Origin: Dehalococcoidia bacterium
GTDB taxonomy: Bacteria > Chloroflexota > Dehalococcoidia > Bin125
Length of the DNA: 64,000 nucleotides
Assembly (NCBI GenBank): GCA_965205165.1
Contig: OZ242037.1
Span: forward strand, 1,706,576-1,770,575
Direction of reading: 5' to 3'
Shown: in pieces, positions 39,079-47,951 of the stretch
How positions within the stretch are numbered: the first letter of the stretch is position 1
Layout: every line of letters starts with the position of its first letter
Program-made: the position numbers and the translations under genes
The notes under the pieces: generated by a model
Seen by the model: the letters and a program-made list of their open reading frames with translations, nothing else
Database searches by the model: none
What the model was told of the DNA's origin: nothing

Positions 39079-39444
39079 GTGGAGATGATCCGCTATGGGC
39101 GCACGCTTGTCTTTCACGATCGGCCTTTGGTGATCGAGGCGGTGGATGGGGATGGGCGGCGCTATCTGTGCGATTCTTTGGCGACGCGGGAGGAGGGGGA
39201 GTGGTTCGTCGTGGTGCCGGTGACGGATGGGGAGGTTGGGGAGCTCAATCGGGGGGAGGCTTGCATGCGGGTGATGCTGGAGCGGGTTGGCTGCGGGGAG
39301 TGGTATCTGTCGGTGCCGCATTGGGATTTCAGGGAGCCGTTCGGGATCGAGCGGCAGGCGGGGGCGATTGGGGAGAGCGGGAAGTTGCCGGGGGAGGGGT
39401 ACATGCTGACGGGGGCTTGGGATGAGGAGGAGTTGGAGGGTTAG
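39079..39444 (+). CDS. Small hypothetical protein, paralog B of the duplicated pair
   Basis: A 121-aa product that is >90% identical to paralog A over its C-terminal two-thirds. Confidence 0.55.
   Translation: MEMIRYGRTLVFHDRPLVIEAVDGDGRRYLCDSLATREEGEWFVVVPVTDGEVGELNRGEACMRVMLERVGCGEWYLSVPHWDFREPFGIERQAGAIGESGKLPGEGYMLTGAWDEEELEG
39120..39435 (+). repeat. Direct repeat copy 2 (~315 bp, approximate coordinates), the coding body of duplicated small gene B
   Basis: See copy 1. The pattern suggests a recent tandem duplication or gene conversion. Confidence 0.7.
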
Positions 39445-39603
39445 AGGTGCGGGGAGGCGTTGGGCGAGGATCCGGGCGCGAGGATCCGGCGCGAGGGGGT
39501 GGATGCGGGAGGCTGGTTTTTTTGGGGCTGCACGGAGGGGGCGGGGTTCGGCTAGCCTTGCGGGGCTGTCGGGGTTGGTTGGGCAGCGCGGGAGGGCGGA
39601 TTG

Positions 39604-41019
39604 ATGGATGCGCCTCCGGTCCAGTTCACGCAGACGTCGGACGGGGTGTCGATCGCGTACCAGCAGCGGGGGACGGGGCCGCCGTTGGTGGTGGCGTCGG
39701 GGCTGATTCCGCCGTTGGAGGAGGATTGGCGGGAGGATGGCTGGGCTGGGCGGTTGTCGCGGAGTTTCCGGGTGGTGCGGTACGACCCGCGGGGGTGCGG
39801 GTTGTCGCAGTTCGAGGTGGGTTCGGAGGGGGTGGAGGCGGAGGCGGAGGATGTGGCGGCGGTGGCGCGGGCGACGGGCGAGCGGCGGGTGTCCTTGATG
39901 GGGTATTCGCTGGGGGTGCCGGCGGCGGCGGCTTGCGCGGTGGCGGAGCCGGAGTTGGTGGATCGGCTGGTGCTGCACGCGCCGATCATGGGGCGGGCGG
40001 CGGCGGCGAGTTCGCCGATTGATCGGGAGGCGGAGAATCCGGCGGAGATTGCGGGGGACGTGATCGAGGGGTTGATGAAGCTGGGGTTCGCGTACAACGA
40101 CGAGCCTGCGCGGCGGGCGATGATGACGATGGTGATTCCGGAGGCGGGGTTGGAGGAGTTGGCGCTGCTCGGGGAGGGGCTGCGGGCGTATGCGTCGGCG
40201 GAGCGGATTTTGCAGGTGGTGCCGCAGTTGCGTTCGCGGGCGACGGAGGCGCTGTTGTCGCGGTTGGAGGTGGAGACGCTGGTGTCGGTGCCGAACGAGG
40301 AGTCGGGGCGGGCGATCGGTCGGCGGTGGACGCAGGCGATCGAGCGGGCGCAGATGGTGGTGGTTCGGGGGCGTTCGGGGATCATTTTGCCGGGGAGCCG
40401 GACGGTGGAGGATTTCGCGTCGGCGGTGGAGCGGTTCGCGGGCGGGCAGGAGTACGAGGGTCGGGAGGATCATTCGGCGCGGACGCGGACGGTGCTGTTC
40501 ACGGATTTGAAGGATTCGACGGATTTGACGGATCGGCTGGGAAATTTCGAGGCTCGGCGGATCATGCGGGAGGTGGAGCGCTTGACGCGGCAGGCGATTC
40601 AGGTGCATGGGGGGACGGAGGTGAAGGGTTTGGGTGACGGGATGATGGCGTGGTTCCCGCTGGCTTCGGGAGCGCTGGAGGCGGCGGTGCGGCTGCAGTA
40701 CGCGGTGAGCGGGATGGATGCGCCGGCGGAGGTTCAGTTGTCGGTGGGGGTGGATGCGGGGGAGCCGATCGAGGAGGGCGGGGATTTGTTCGGCGCGGCG
40801 GTGAATCGGGCGGCGCGGATCGTGGCGCATGCGGGTGAGAGCGAGATATTGGCGTCGAGCATCGTTCGGGGGCTGGTGCAGGGGCACCGGTTCCAGTTCC
40901 GTGACCGGGGGTTGGCGCAGTTGCGGGGGATTGCGGAGTCGACGCACTTGTTCGAGTTGGATTGGCGTGCGGCGCCGGATCCGGCGGGAGCGGCGGCGGT
41001 TCCGGGGAGCGCGAAGTGA
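39604..41019 (+). CDS. Alpha/beta-hydrolase fused to a class III adenylyl/guanylyl cyclase domain
   Basis: The N-terminal alpha/beta-hydrolase carries the nucleophile elbow 'GYSLG'. The C-terminal cyclase has 'VLFTDLKDSTDLT...GDGMMAWF...GAAVNRAARI'. Confidence 0.8.
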   Translation: MDAPPVQFTQTSDGVSIAYQQRGTGPPLVVASGLIPPLEEDWREDGWAGRLSRSFRVVRYDPRGCGLSQFEVGSEGVEAEAEDVAAVARATGERRVSLMGYSLGVPAAAACAVAEPELVDRLVLHAPIMGRAAAASSPIDREAENPAEIAGDVIEGLMKLGFAYNDEPARRAMMTMVIPEAGLEELALLGEGLRAYASAERILQVVPQLRSRATEALLSRLEVETLVSVPNEESGRAIGRRWTQAIERAQMVVVRGRSGIILPGSRTVEDFASAVERFAGGQEYEGREDHSARTRTVLFTDLKDSTDLTDRLGNFEARRIMREVERLTRQAIQVHGGTEVKGLGDGMMAWFPLASGALEAAVRLQYAVSGMDAPAEVQLSVGVDAGEPIEEGGDLFGAAVNRAARIVAHAGESEILASSIVRGLVQGHRFQFRDRGLAQLRGIAESTHLFELDWRAAPDPAGAAAVPGSAK

Positions 41020-41050
41020 TCCGCTTGCGGGTCGATGGAAGGAGTTCGAG

Positions 41051-42037
41051 ATGAGCGAGATGACGAAGCGGGAGCGTGTTCGGGCGGCGATCGCGGGGGA
41101 GGCGGTGGATCGTGCGCCGGCGTCGCTGTGGGGGCATGATTTCCTGCGGGAGTGGAGCAATGAGGAGCTGGTGGGGGCGGCGGCGGAGCAGTACGAGGCG
41201 TACGGGTGGGATTTCATCAAGCTGAATCCGCGGTGGACGATGTTTCCGGAGGCTTGGGGGGCGGTGTACGAGCCGCCTTCGGAGCAGGTGAATCCGACGC
41301 TGGTGCGGGCGGCGCTGGGTGATGCTTCGGAGTTGGGGGGGGTGGAGGCGGTGCATGCGGAGCGGGGGCTGTTCGGGGAGCATTTGGAGGCGGTGCGGAT
41401 GCTGATCGAGCGGACGGGGGGCGAGGTGGACGTGGTGCAGACGGTGTTTTCGCCGATGTCGGTGCTGGGGTTGATGACGGGGCGCCCGCCGCTGCTGAAG
41501 GCGTGGGCGGCGGAGGATCCGGCGGCGGTGCACGGGGCGATCGGGCGGATTACGGAGACGATCATCGGGTACGGGCTGGCGACGCTGGAGGAGGGGGCGG
41601 CGGGGATTTTCTACGCGCCGCTGCAGTGGGCGTCGCGCGACATTTCGACGGTGGAGTTCTACCGGGAGTTCGGGCGGCCGTACGATTTGCAGGTGCTGGA
41701 TGCGGTGCGGGGTGCGGAGTTCAACATTCTGCACGTGTGCCACACGCACAACATGCTGGACGAGTTGATCGATTATCCGGTGGCGGCGATCAACTGGGAT
41801 GATCGGGGGCGGGGGAACGCGGGCTTGGCGGAGGTTCGGGAGCGGACGTCGACGGCGGTGATGGGGGGCGTCGGGCGGCAGGATTTGGCGGAGCTGGGGG
41901 CGGAGGCGATTTACGGGCAGGCGGCGGAGGCGGCGGGTCTTGGGACCGGGGTGCTGGTGACGGCGGGGTGTTCGATTCCGCCGCAGACGCCGGGGGAGAA
42001 TCGGGCGGCGGTGGCGTCGGGGGTGCGGGGGAATTGA
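41051..42037 (+). CDS. Uroporphyrinogen-decarboxylase (URO-D)-family protein (MtaA/CmuA-like methyltransferase-type)
   Basis: A 328-aa product whose length and motifs ('...FIKLNPRWTM...DDRGRGNAG...') fit the URO-D TIM-barrel family. The exact function is unknown. Confidence 0.7.
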   Translation: MSEMTKRERVRAAIAGEAVDRAPASLWGHDFLREWSNEELVGAAAEQYEAYGWDFIKLNPRWTMFPEAWGAVYEPPSEQVNPTLVRAALGDASELGGVEAVHAERGLFGEHLEAVRMLIERTGGEVDVVQTVFSPMSVLGLMTGRPPLLKAWAAEDPAAVHGAIGRITETIIGYGLATLEEGAAGIFYAPLQWASRDISTVEFYREFGRPYDLQVLDAVRGAEFNILHVCHTHNMLDELIDYPVAAINWDDRGRGNAGLAEVRERTSTAVMGGVGRQDLAELGAEAIYGQAAEAAGLGTGVLVTAGCSIPPQTPGENRAAVASGVRGN

Positions 42038-42066
42038 GGACGGGGCGGCGGGACAGGCATCCGCAG

Positions 42067-42738
42067 CTAGAAGAGGAGTTCCGGGGTTGCAAGAAAATCG
42101 ATCGCTATCACCTCGTCAGCAGCGTTGAGGAGTCCTCTGCTTGCCCTAGATGGAACGGCTGCCACGACGACCTTCCGCTCATATGCCTTCGCATTCCGGA
42201 CCGCACGTACCAGATCGCCGTCACCACTGACCAAGATCGCTACGTCGTACACGCGCCGCCAGGCAGCCTCTGCCAGCGTGAGCGCGAGATCAACATCGAC
42301 CCCTTTCTCCTCGTTTCCCGCAAACTCAGTTCCGCACAGAGGGCAGGAAGCGGTCTTCTCCCTGCAGAGAGGATTAGGGCAGATCGCCGGCTTGCGGATC
42401 GGACGTTGCTTGAATCGATGGACATCGAAATTCCTCTTGACGCGCAGCTGTTTGTTCACGAAATCATCTTCTTTCCTCCCCCCGCGAGTGCGTGGATTGT
42501 ATGAGAAGAACACGTGCGGTGGGGCGTATGTCAGCTCGGACAGGCCCAATTTGACGCACGTCTCCTCGACAAGCCATTCAGGGAAGCGGTCCCAGTCCAA
42601 GCCCAATCGGCCTCGGCGCTCTGCCGCTCTTCTCGCGGGGTTGACGATGTTCCAATAGTCGATGAACAGGTGAGCGCTTTGGCGTTCTTGGCGGCCTGTT
42701 ATCTGGCTCGTCAGCCTGTCTGTTGGGCGGGATGCCAC
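42067..42738 (-). CDS. NYN-domain (LabA-like) protein with zinc-ribbon
   Basis: 'HLFIDYWNI...GVDVDLALTL...AILVSGDGDL' matches the NYN/PIN-like ribonuclease core. The 'CPNPLCREKTASCPLCG' segment is a zinc ribbon. The gene lies in a lower-GC patch. Confidence 0.75.
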   Translation of the reverse strand: MASRPTDRLTSQITGRQERQSAHLFIDYWNIVNPARRAAERRGRLGLDWDRFPEWLVEETCVKLGLSELTYAPPHVFFSYNPRTRGGRKEDDFVNKQLRVKRNFDVHRFKQRPIRKPAICPNPLCREKTASCPLCGTEFAGNEEKGVDVDLALTLAEAAWRRVYDVAILVSGDGDLVRAVRNAKAYERKVVVAAVPSRASRGLLNAADEVIAIDFLATPELLF

Positions 42739-42759
42739 GGGAGCAGGCTCCTAGAAAGG

Positions 42760-42791
42760 GCGAAGGGGCCGTCGCGACGGCCCCTTCGCAG
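42760..42791. other. Perfect GC-rich palindrome/stem-loop 'gaaggggccgtcg|cgacggccccttc' (approximate coordinates) between the NYN gene and the membrane-protein pair
   Basis: A 12-13-bp perfect inverted repeat is seen directly. There is no flanking T-run, so it is not a classical intrinsic terminator. Confidence 0.5.
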
Positions 42792-42942
42792 CTATGACGG
42801 GCCGCGGTTAAGCACTTGCGTGCCGCACGAGTGCCGCACGCCGCCGCAGCCAGCAGCTAAGACGACGCCACCGTACCGGTGCCACGCTCAGTCTGTCAAG
42901 TGCCTCGTCGTCGCCTGCAGCGCAGGAGGGGCGAACTGAGGG

Positions 42943-43782
42943 TTAGGCGTCGTCGGGGGTGCGGCTTAGGCGGTGGGAGAGGGGGGTGGACAGGAGGGCG
43001 GAGGTTAGGGCGAGGGCTAGGACTACCAGGGTCCAGGGCCAGTAGATGTTGTAGGCGCCCAGGGGGTCGGCGTAGATGCGGGCGTAGTGGGCGATGGTTT
43101 CGAACCAGGTGGTGAGGAAGATGAGGAGGATGGTTGCGATGTTGAGGGGGCGGGCGATGGGGCCGGCGAAGCCCCGGCCGGCGATGGCGAGGGCGATGAT
43201 GGCGGAGGCGGCTTGGAGGGCGATCCAGATGGAGCCTGCGCCGGCGCGGGGCGGGTTGACGGGGCCTTCGGCGGTGATGGCGTGGATGATGAACATGAGG
43301 GTGACGTAGATGGCGAGCCAGAGGACGAGGGGGTTGCGGAGCGCGGGTCCGACGAGTCGGGCGGCGAAGAGGGCGCCGGCGTGCATGAGGACCCAGGGCC
43401 AGTTGAGGTCGTGCTGGGCGATTTGGCCGCCGAGGCCGAAGCCCATGCCGAATTGGATGATGATGGTGGCGATGATGGAGACGAGGAGGGTGATGTTGAG
43501 GGGGTCTTCGAGTCCGCCGGAGAGGGGGCGCATGACGAGTGCGCGGGCGATGAGCATGAGGCTGACGGTCATGGCGACCCAGACGCCGGTGTCGACGAAT
43601 TGTCCGTCGACGGTGATGCCGGTGGTTGGGCCGGCGTCGGCGAGGTTCATGGCGATGTTGAGTGCGGCGAGGAGGAGGGCGGCGATGATGGCGAAGCGGG
43701 CGCCGGGGTCGTTCCAGACGGAGCGGAGGGCGGCGGAGGGGTCGTCGGCGAGGCGGGCGAGGGCGTTGGTGACGGGGGTCAT
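42943..43782 (-). CDS. Polytopic membrane protein, paralog 1 of a tandem pair
   Basis: A 279-aa product with about seven hydrophobic helices. It shares 'WPW' motifs and overall architecture with the 43819..44670 product. Confidence 0.6.
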   Translation of the reverse strand: MTPVTNALARLADDPSAALRSVWNDPGARFAIIAALLLAALNIAMNLADAGPTTGITVDGQFVDTGVWVAMTVSLMLIARALVMRPLSGGLEDPLNITLLVSIIATIIIQFGMGFGLGGQIAQHDLNWPWVLMHAGALFAARLVGPALRNPLVLWLAIYVTLMFIIHAITAEGPVNPPRAGAGSIWIALQAASAIIALAIAGRGFAGPIARPLNIATILLIFLTTWFETIAHYARIYADPLGAYNIYWPWTLVVLALALTSALLSTPLSHRLSRTPDDA

Positions 43783-43818
43783 CGCGGGCGTCTTTCGGGG
43801 CGGGGCGGGCAGTCGTGG

Positions 43819-44670
43819 TCAGTCGCGTTCGGGTGCGCCGAGGCGGCGGGAGATGGGGGGTGCGGCGAGGACGGAGAGGGCGGCGACGCCGATGAGGAGC
43901 AGGAGCCACTGGTAGCAGATGGGGGGGTCTCCGAGGTCGGGTGCGAAGCCGCCGTATTCGGCGGCGACTTCGATCCAGAAGAGGGCGGTGAGGGCGAGCA
44001 TGACGGCGATGTGGAGGGGGCGGGCGACGTGTCCGCCGAAGCCGCGGGCGGCGATGGCGAGGGCGGCGATCATGGAGAGGGCGTGGAGGCCGATGAAGAA
44101 GCGGGTGACTTCGATGGAGTCGACGCCGGTGACGGCGCAGACGATGGTTTCGACGACGATGGAGAGGAAGGCGTAGGCGAGCAGCCAGACGACGAGGGGT
44201 CGGGTGGCGACTGGGGCGAGCAGGCGCATGAGGAGGACGGAGCCGCCGTGGATGAGGATCCAGGGCCAGTAGATGTAGCGGCCGCCGAGGTCTTGGAGGA
44301 CGGCGGGTTCGAAGGAGAGGGCGAGTTCGTAGGTGATGATGGCGGCGAGGCCGAGGAAGACGGTCATGTTGGAGACGTCGGCGAGGCGCGGTTCGAGGGG
44401 GCGGAGTGCGAGGAGGCGGGCGATGAGGAGGAGGGAGCAGGTCATGACGGTCCAGACGCCGCCGCCGACGGTCCAGGCGGGTTGGCCGTCGGCGAAGACG
44501 GTGGCGGTGGTCGCGCTGCCGGCGCCGGCCCAGTACATGCAGGCGTTGAGGCCGAAGATGAGGGCGGCGTAGATGATCCAGGTGCGCCACGCCGTGTCGT
44601 TCCAAGCGGAGCGGGCGGCGGCGAGCGGGTCTTGGGCGGCAGCGAGGATGGGTTGGAGGGCGGCGGGCAT
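43819..44670 (-). CDS. Polytopic membrane protein, paralog 2 of the tandem pair
   Basis: A 283-aa product with the same architecture, including the 'YIYWPWILIHGG' motif. Confidence 0.6.
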   Translation of the reverse strand: MPAALQPILAAAQDPLAAARSAWNDTAWRTWIIYAALIFGLNACMYWAGAGSATTATVFADGQPAWTVGGGVWTVMTCSLLLIARLLALRPLEPRLADVSNMTVFLGLAAIITYELALSFEPAVLQDLGGRYIYWPWILIHGGSVLLMRLLAPVATRPLVVWLLAYAFLSIVVETIVCAVTGVDSIEVTRFFIGLHALSMIAALAIAARGFGGHVARPLHIAVMLALTALFWIEVAAEYGGFAPDLGDPPICYQWLLLLIGVAALSVLAAPPISRRLGAPERD

Positions 44671-44802
44671 TGCGCGTTCCTTCACCGGCGCGTGACCGGG
44701 GCGTGACAGGGGCGATCGCCGGCACGGGCACCGGCGCAGGGCCGGGGCGAGGCGGCTAGGATTTGCACTGTAGACAGGATCGGCAGGGGAACGGGGATCG
44801 TC

Positions 44803-45702
44803 ATGCGTAATTTCGAGGGGAAGACGGCGGTGGTGACGGGCGCGGCATCGGGGATGGGTTTGGCGTTCGCGGAGCGGTTCGCGGCGGAGGGGATGAACGT
44901 GGTGCTGGCGGACATCGAGGAGGAGGCGCTGTCGGCGCAGGTGCGGCGGTTGGAGCAGGAGGAGCGGAGGGTGATGGGGGCGGTGGTGAACACGATGTCG
45001 CGGGAGAGCGTGGATGCGCTGCGTGATCGGGCGATCGAGGCGTACGGGAAGGTGCACCTGCTGTTCAACAATGCGGGGGTGGCGAGCCGGACGGATGGGG
45101 GCTTGGGGCGGGGGGAGCGGAGTTTGGCGGTGTGGGAGATGCCGGACGAGACGTGGGAGTGGGTGATGGGGGTGAATTTCCAGGGTGTGCTGTACGGGAT
45201 TCAGTCGTTCGTGCCGCACATGATCGAGCACGGGGAGGAGGGGCACATCGTGAACACGGCGTCGTTGGCGGCGCTGATTCCGGGTGCGTCGGCGTACAGC
45301 GTGAGCAAGCACGGGGTGCTGACGCTGACGGAGGGGCTGTATTTCCATTTGCGCGATCGTGGGACGCGGATCGGGGCGTCGGTGCTGTGTCCGGGGTTCG
45401 TGAACACGCAGATCGGGGTGGCGGGGCGGAATCGTCCGGAGGAGTTGGGCGGGGCGGAGGAGGAGGCGACGGAGGAGCAGCGGGCGGCGATGGCGGTGAT
45501 GCTTGGGGGCGGGATGGATCCGGCGGAGGTGGCGGAGCAGGTGTACGAGGCGGTGGTGGAGGGGCGGGCGTACATATTGCCGCATCCGGGCTGGGACGAA
45601 GTGGTGCGGGGGCGGGTGGAGGCGGTGCTTGGGCGGGTCGCGCCGTACGAGGTGGATTTCGAGGCGCTGCTGGCGAAGCGGGCGCGGGGGGAGCTGATCT
45701 AG
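44803..45702 (+). CDS. SDR-family oxidoreductase (short-chain dehydrogenase/reductase)
   Basis: 'KTAVVTGAASGMGLAFA' is the TGxxxGxG Rossmann motif, and the catalytic 'YSVSK' is present. Confidence 0.9.
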   Translation: MRNFEGKTAVVTGAASGMGLAFAERFAAEGMNVVLADIEEEALSAQVRRLEQEERRVMGAVVNTMSRESVDALRDRAIEAYGKVHLLFNNAGVASRTDGGLGRGERSLAVWEMPDETWEWVMGVNFQGVLYGIQSFVPHMIEHGEEGHIVNTASLAALIPGASAYSVSKHGVLTLTEGLYFHLRDRGTRIGASVLCPGFVNTQIGVAGRNRPEELGGAEEEATEEQRAAMAVMLGGGMDPAEVAEQVYEAVVEGRAYILPHPGWDEVVRGRVEAVLGRVAPYEVDFEALLAKRARGELI

Positions 45703-46253
45703 GCGTCGGGGGCGTCTGCGCCGCTGGCGAGTTGGGCGGCGAATTCCTTGCGGCCGGCGCGTTCCTTGTCGGTTTTTTCGAGGATGGTTTCGGGGATCCA
45801 GAAGGGGACTTGGGCGTCGGCGCGGCTGGGGGCGAGGAGGTCGTCGAGGTCCATGATGAGTTCGCGGCGGTCGTATTTGGTCTGCTCGTGGCCTTCCCAG
45901 AGGGGGAGCATGGCGATGGCGTCGAAGGGGCAGACTTCGACGCAGATGTTGCAGCGCATGCAGCGGCCGAAGTCGATGTAGAACTGGTCGATGACGGACT
46001 TGTGGTTGGAGCGACCGGCGGCGTGGGCGGGGTTTTTGGTGAGCTTGGTGGTCATGCAGTCGACGGGGCAGGCGGCGGCGCACTTGCCGCAGCCGGTGCA
46101 GTTGGGTTCTTCGAGCTGGTGGTTCCAGATGAGGTAGGGGAAGGTGCGCGCGCGCTTGGGGAGCTGCTTTTTTTCGAAGGGGTAGTGGACGGTGACGGGG
46201 CCGCGGGCCATGACTTGGGCGCCGCGGGAGAAGACTTTGAGGACGCCGCGCAT
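45699..46253 (-). CDS. NuoI-like 2x[4Fe-4S] ferredoxin (NADH-quinone oxidoreductase subunit I homolog, stand-alone)
   Basis: The leader 'YPFEKKQLPKRARTF' is followed by two CxxCxxCxxxCP motifs, 'CTGCGKCAAACP' and 'CMRCNICVEVCP'. Confidence 0.8.
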   Translation of the reverse strand: MRGVLKVFSRGAQVMARGPVTVHYPFEKKQLPKRARTFPYLIWNHQLEEPNCTGCGKCAAACPVDCMTTKLTKNPAHAAGRSNHKSVIDQFYIDFGRCMRCNICVEVCPFDAIAMLPLWEGHEQTKYDRRELIMDLDDLLAPSRADAQVPFWIPETILEKTDKERAGRKEFAAQLASGADAPDA

Positions 46254-46386
46254 TTGGGTGCTCCGTTTCCGTTGAACAGGGTAGCAGCAGGTCGGGGGAT
46301 GGTCGCGGGTTCGGGATTGGCTACCCTAGCGGGGAGAGAGAGACGGGCGCGCCTTGGGGGGCGCGGCAAGCGAGGGAGGGTCGGAG

Positions 46387-47595
46387 ATGGCGGCACCTTT
46401 GGACGGGGTCAAGGTGGTGGATTTCACGCGGTACCAGAACGGGCCGCATGCGACGGCGATGCTGGCGGACATGGGGGCGGAGGTGCTGAAGGTGGAGATG
46501 CCGGGGAACGGGGATCCGGGGCGGCAGCTGGGGGTGGGGGCGGACGGGTTCTGCTCGTACTTCGAGGCGCTGAACCGGGGGAAGCGGTCGATGACGCTGG
46601 ATTTGCGGGCGGAGGGGGCGCTGGAGATCGTGCGGAAGCTGGTGGCTGAGGCGGATGTGCTGGCGGAGAATTTCCGGCCGGGGTACTTGGACAGCATCGG
46701 GCTGGGGTACGAGGATTTGAGGGGGGCGAATCCGCGGCTGATCTACGCGACGAACAGCGGGTTCGGACCGGAGGGGGAGTGGGCGAGGCGGGGGTCGTTC
46801 GACGTGGTGGCGCAGGGGATGAGCGGGGCGATGGTGGCGCTGGGCGGGGGGCCGGGGGAGCGGCCGATCACTGCGCCTTGGGGGTTGGCGGATCAGACGG
46901 GGAGCATCATGTTCGCGTACGGGATCGTGACGGCGCTGCTGGCGCGGGAGCGGTACGGGGTTGGGCAGAAGATCGACGTGTCGCAGCTGGGGGCGATGCT
47001 GACGCTGCAGGCGCTGTCGATTCAGGCGTACCTGCATTCGAAGACGCAGCCGGTGCTGAAGCCGGGGAAGTCGTTCAGCGCGACGTTTTCGTGGTACCAG
47101 TGCGGGGATGGGGAGTGGCTGACGGTGGGGGTGCTGGATCCGAAGTTCTGGCCGGTGCTGTGCGGGGTGCTGGAGCGGGAGGATTTGGTGGAGGATTCGC
47201 GGAGCGCGGATCCGTTCCAGCGGCGGGACAACGAGGAGTGGCTTCGGGGGGAGTTGGCGGAGGCGTTTTCGGCGCGATCGCGGGACGAGTGGATCGAGCG
47301 GCTGGCGGCGGGGAAGGTGCCGTGCGGTCCGGTGTACGACTACGCGCAGGTGGCGGAGGACGAGCATTTCTGGCTGAACGGGTACTTGCAGGAAGCGCCG
47401 CACCAGCATTTCGAGGCGCATCACGTGGTGGGGATTCCGGTGTCGTTCTCGGAGACGGGGACGCGGGTGGAGTCGGCTGCGCCGGAGCTGGGGCAGAACA
47501 CGGAGGAGGTGCTGCTGGGGCTGGGGTACGACTGGGGGGACATTGAGCGGCTGCACGATGCGGGGGTGACGGCGGTCAAGCGCAACGGGGCGTAG
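46387..47595 (+). CDS. CoA-transferase family III (CaiB/BaiF)
   Basis: The N-terminus 'LDGVKVVDFTRYQNGPHATAMLADMGAEVLKVEMP' is family-typical. Confidence 0.85.
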   Translation: MAAPLDGVKVVDFTRYQNGPHATAMLADMGAEVLKVEMPGNGDPGRQLGVGADGFCSYFEALNRGKRSMTLDLRAEGALEIVRKLVAEADVLAENFRPGYLDSIGLGYEDLRGANPRLIYATNSGFGPEGEWARRGSFDVVAQGMSGAMVALGGGPGERPITAPWGLADQTGSIMFAYGIVTALLARERYGVGQKIDVSQLGAMLTLQALSIQAYLHSKTQPVLKPGKSFSATFSWYQCGDGEWLTVGVLDPKFWPVLCGVLEREDLVEDSRSADPFQRRDNEEWLRGELAEAFSARSRDEWIERLAAGKVPCGPVYDYAQVAEDEHFWLNGYLQEAPHQHFEAHHVVGIPVSFSETGTRVESAAPELGQNTEEVLLGLGYDWGDIERLHDAGVTAVKRNGA

Positions 47596-47622
47596 GGGGC
47601 GCGGCCGCACGGCCGGGCGTGG

Positions 47623-47919
47623 TCAGCTGTTGCGCCACTCTTGGTAGTAGTAGGTCTCGGTGGTGCCGTCGGGGCAGGTGCGGCGTGCGGTGACCCAGTA
47701 GAGGTAGGTGGTGCTGTAGCGGGTGGCGTGGGCGTCGATGCGGCGCTCGGTGAGGATGGTGCGCGGGCAATTGTTGGAGACGGGCTCGACGGCGGGGGCG
47801 GTGGCCGCGGGGGCGATGCTGACGGCGGCGTCGGCGCCGCTGCCGGGGAGGAGGGCGATCAGGGCGAGGGCTGCTGCGGCGACAACAGCGGCGGCGAGGG
47901 CGGTGATGGGCGTGCGCAT
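47623..47919 (-). CDS. Short secreted Cys-pair protein (family S)
   Basis: A 98-aa product with a signal peptide (AxA-type) and two Cys spaced about 30 aa apart, then '...CPDG...YYYQEW'. Confidence 0.6.
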   Translation of the reverse strand: MRTPITALAAAVVAAAALALIALLPGSGADAAVSIAPAATAPAVEPVSNNCPRTILTERRIDAHATRYSTTYLYWVTARRTCPDGTTETYYYQEWRNS

Positions 47920-47951
47920 CGTTGTCAGGCTGCTTGCCGGTGCGGGGCTGG

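Noticed and set aside
42760-42791. GC palindrome as rho-independent terminator
   Set aside because: The stem is perfect but no U-rich tract follows on either strand. It is kept as a stem-loop of unknown function rather than a terminator.
42514-42939. 141-aa plus-strand ORF across the NYN gene start and palindrome
   Set aside because: It overlaps the NYN gene in antisense. Its composition is atypical and it has no motif. It is more likely non-coding intergenic sequence.
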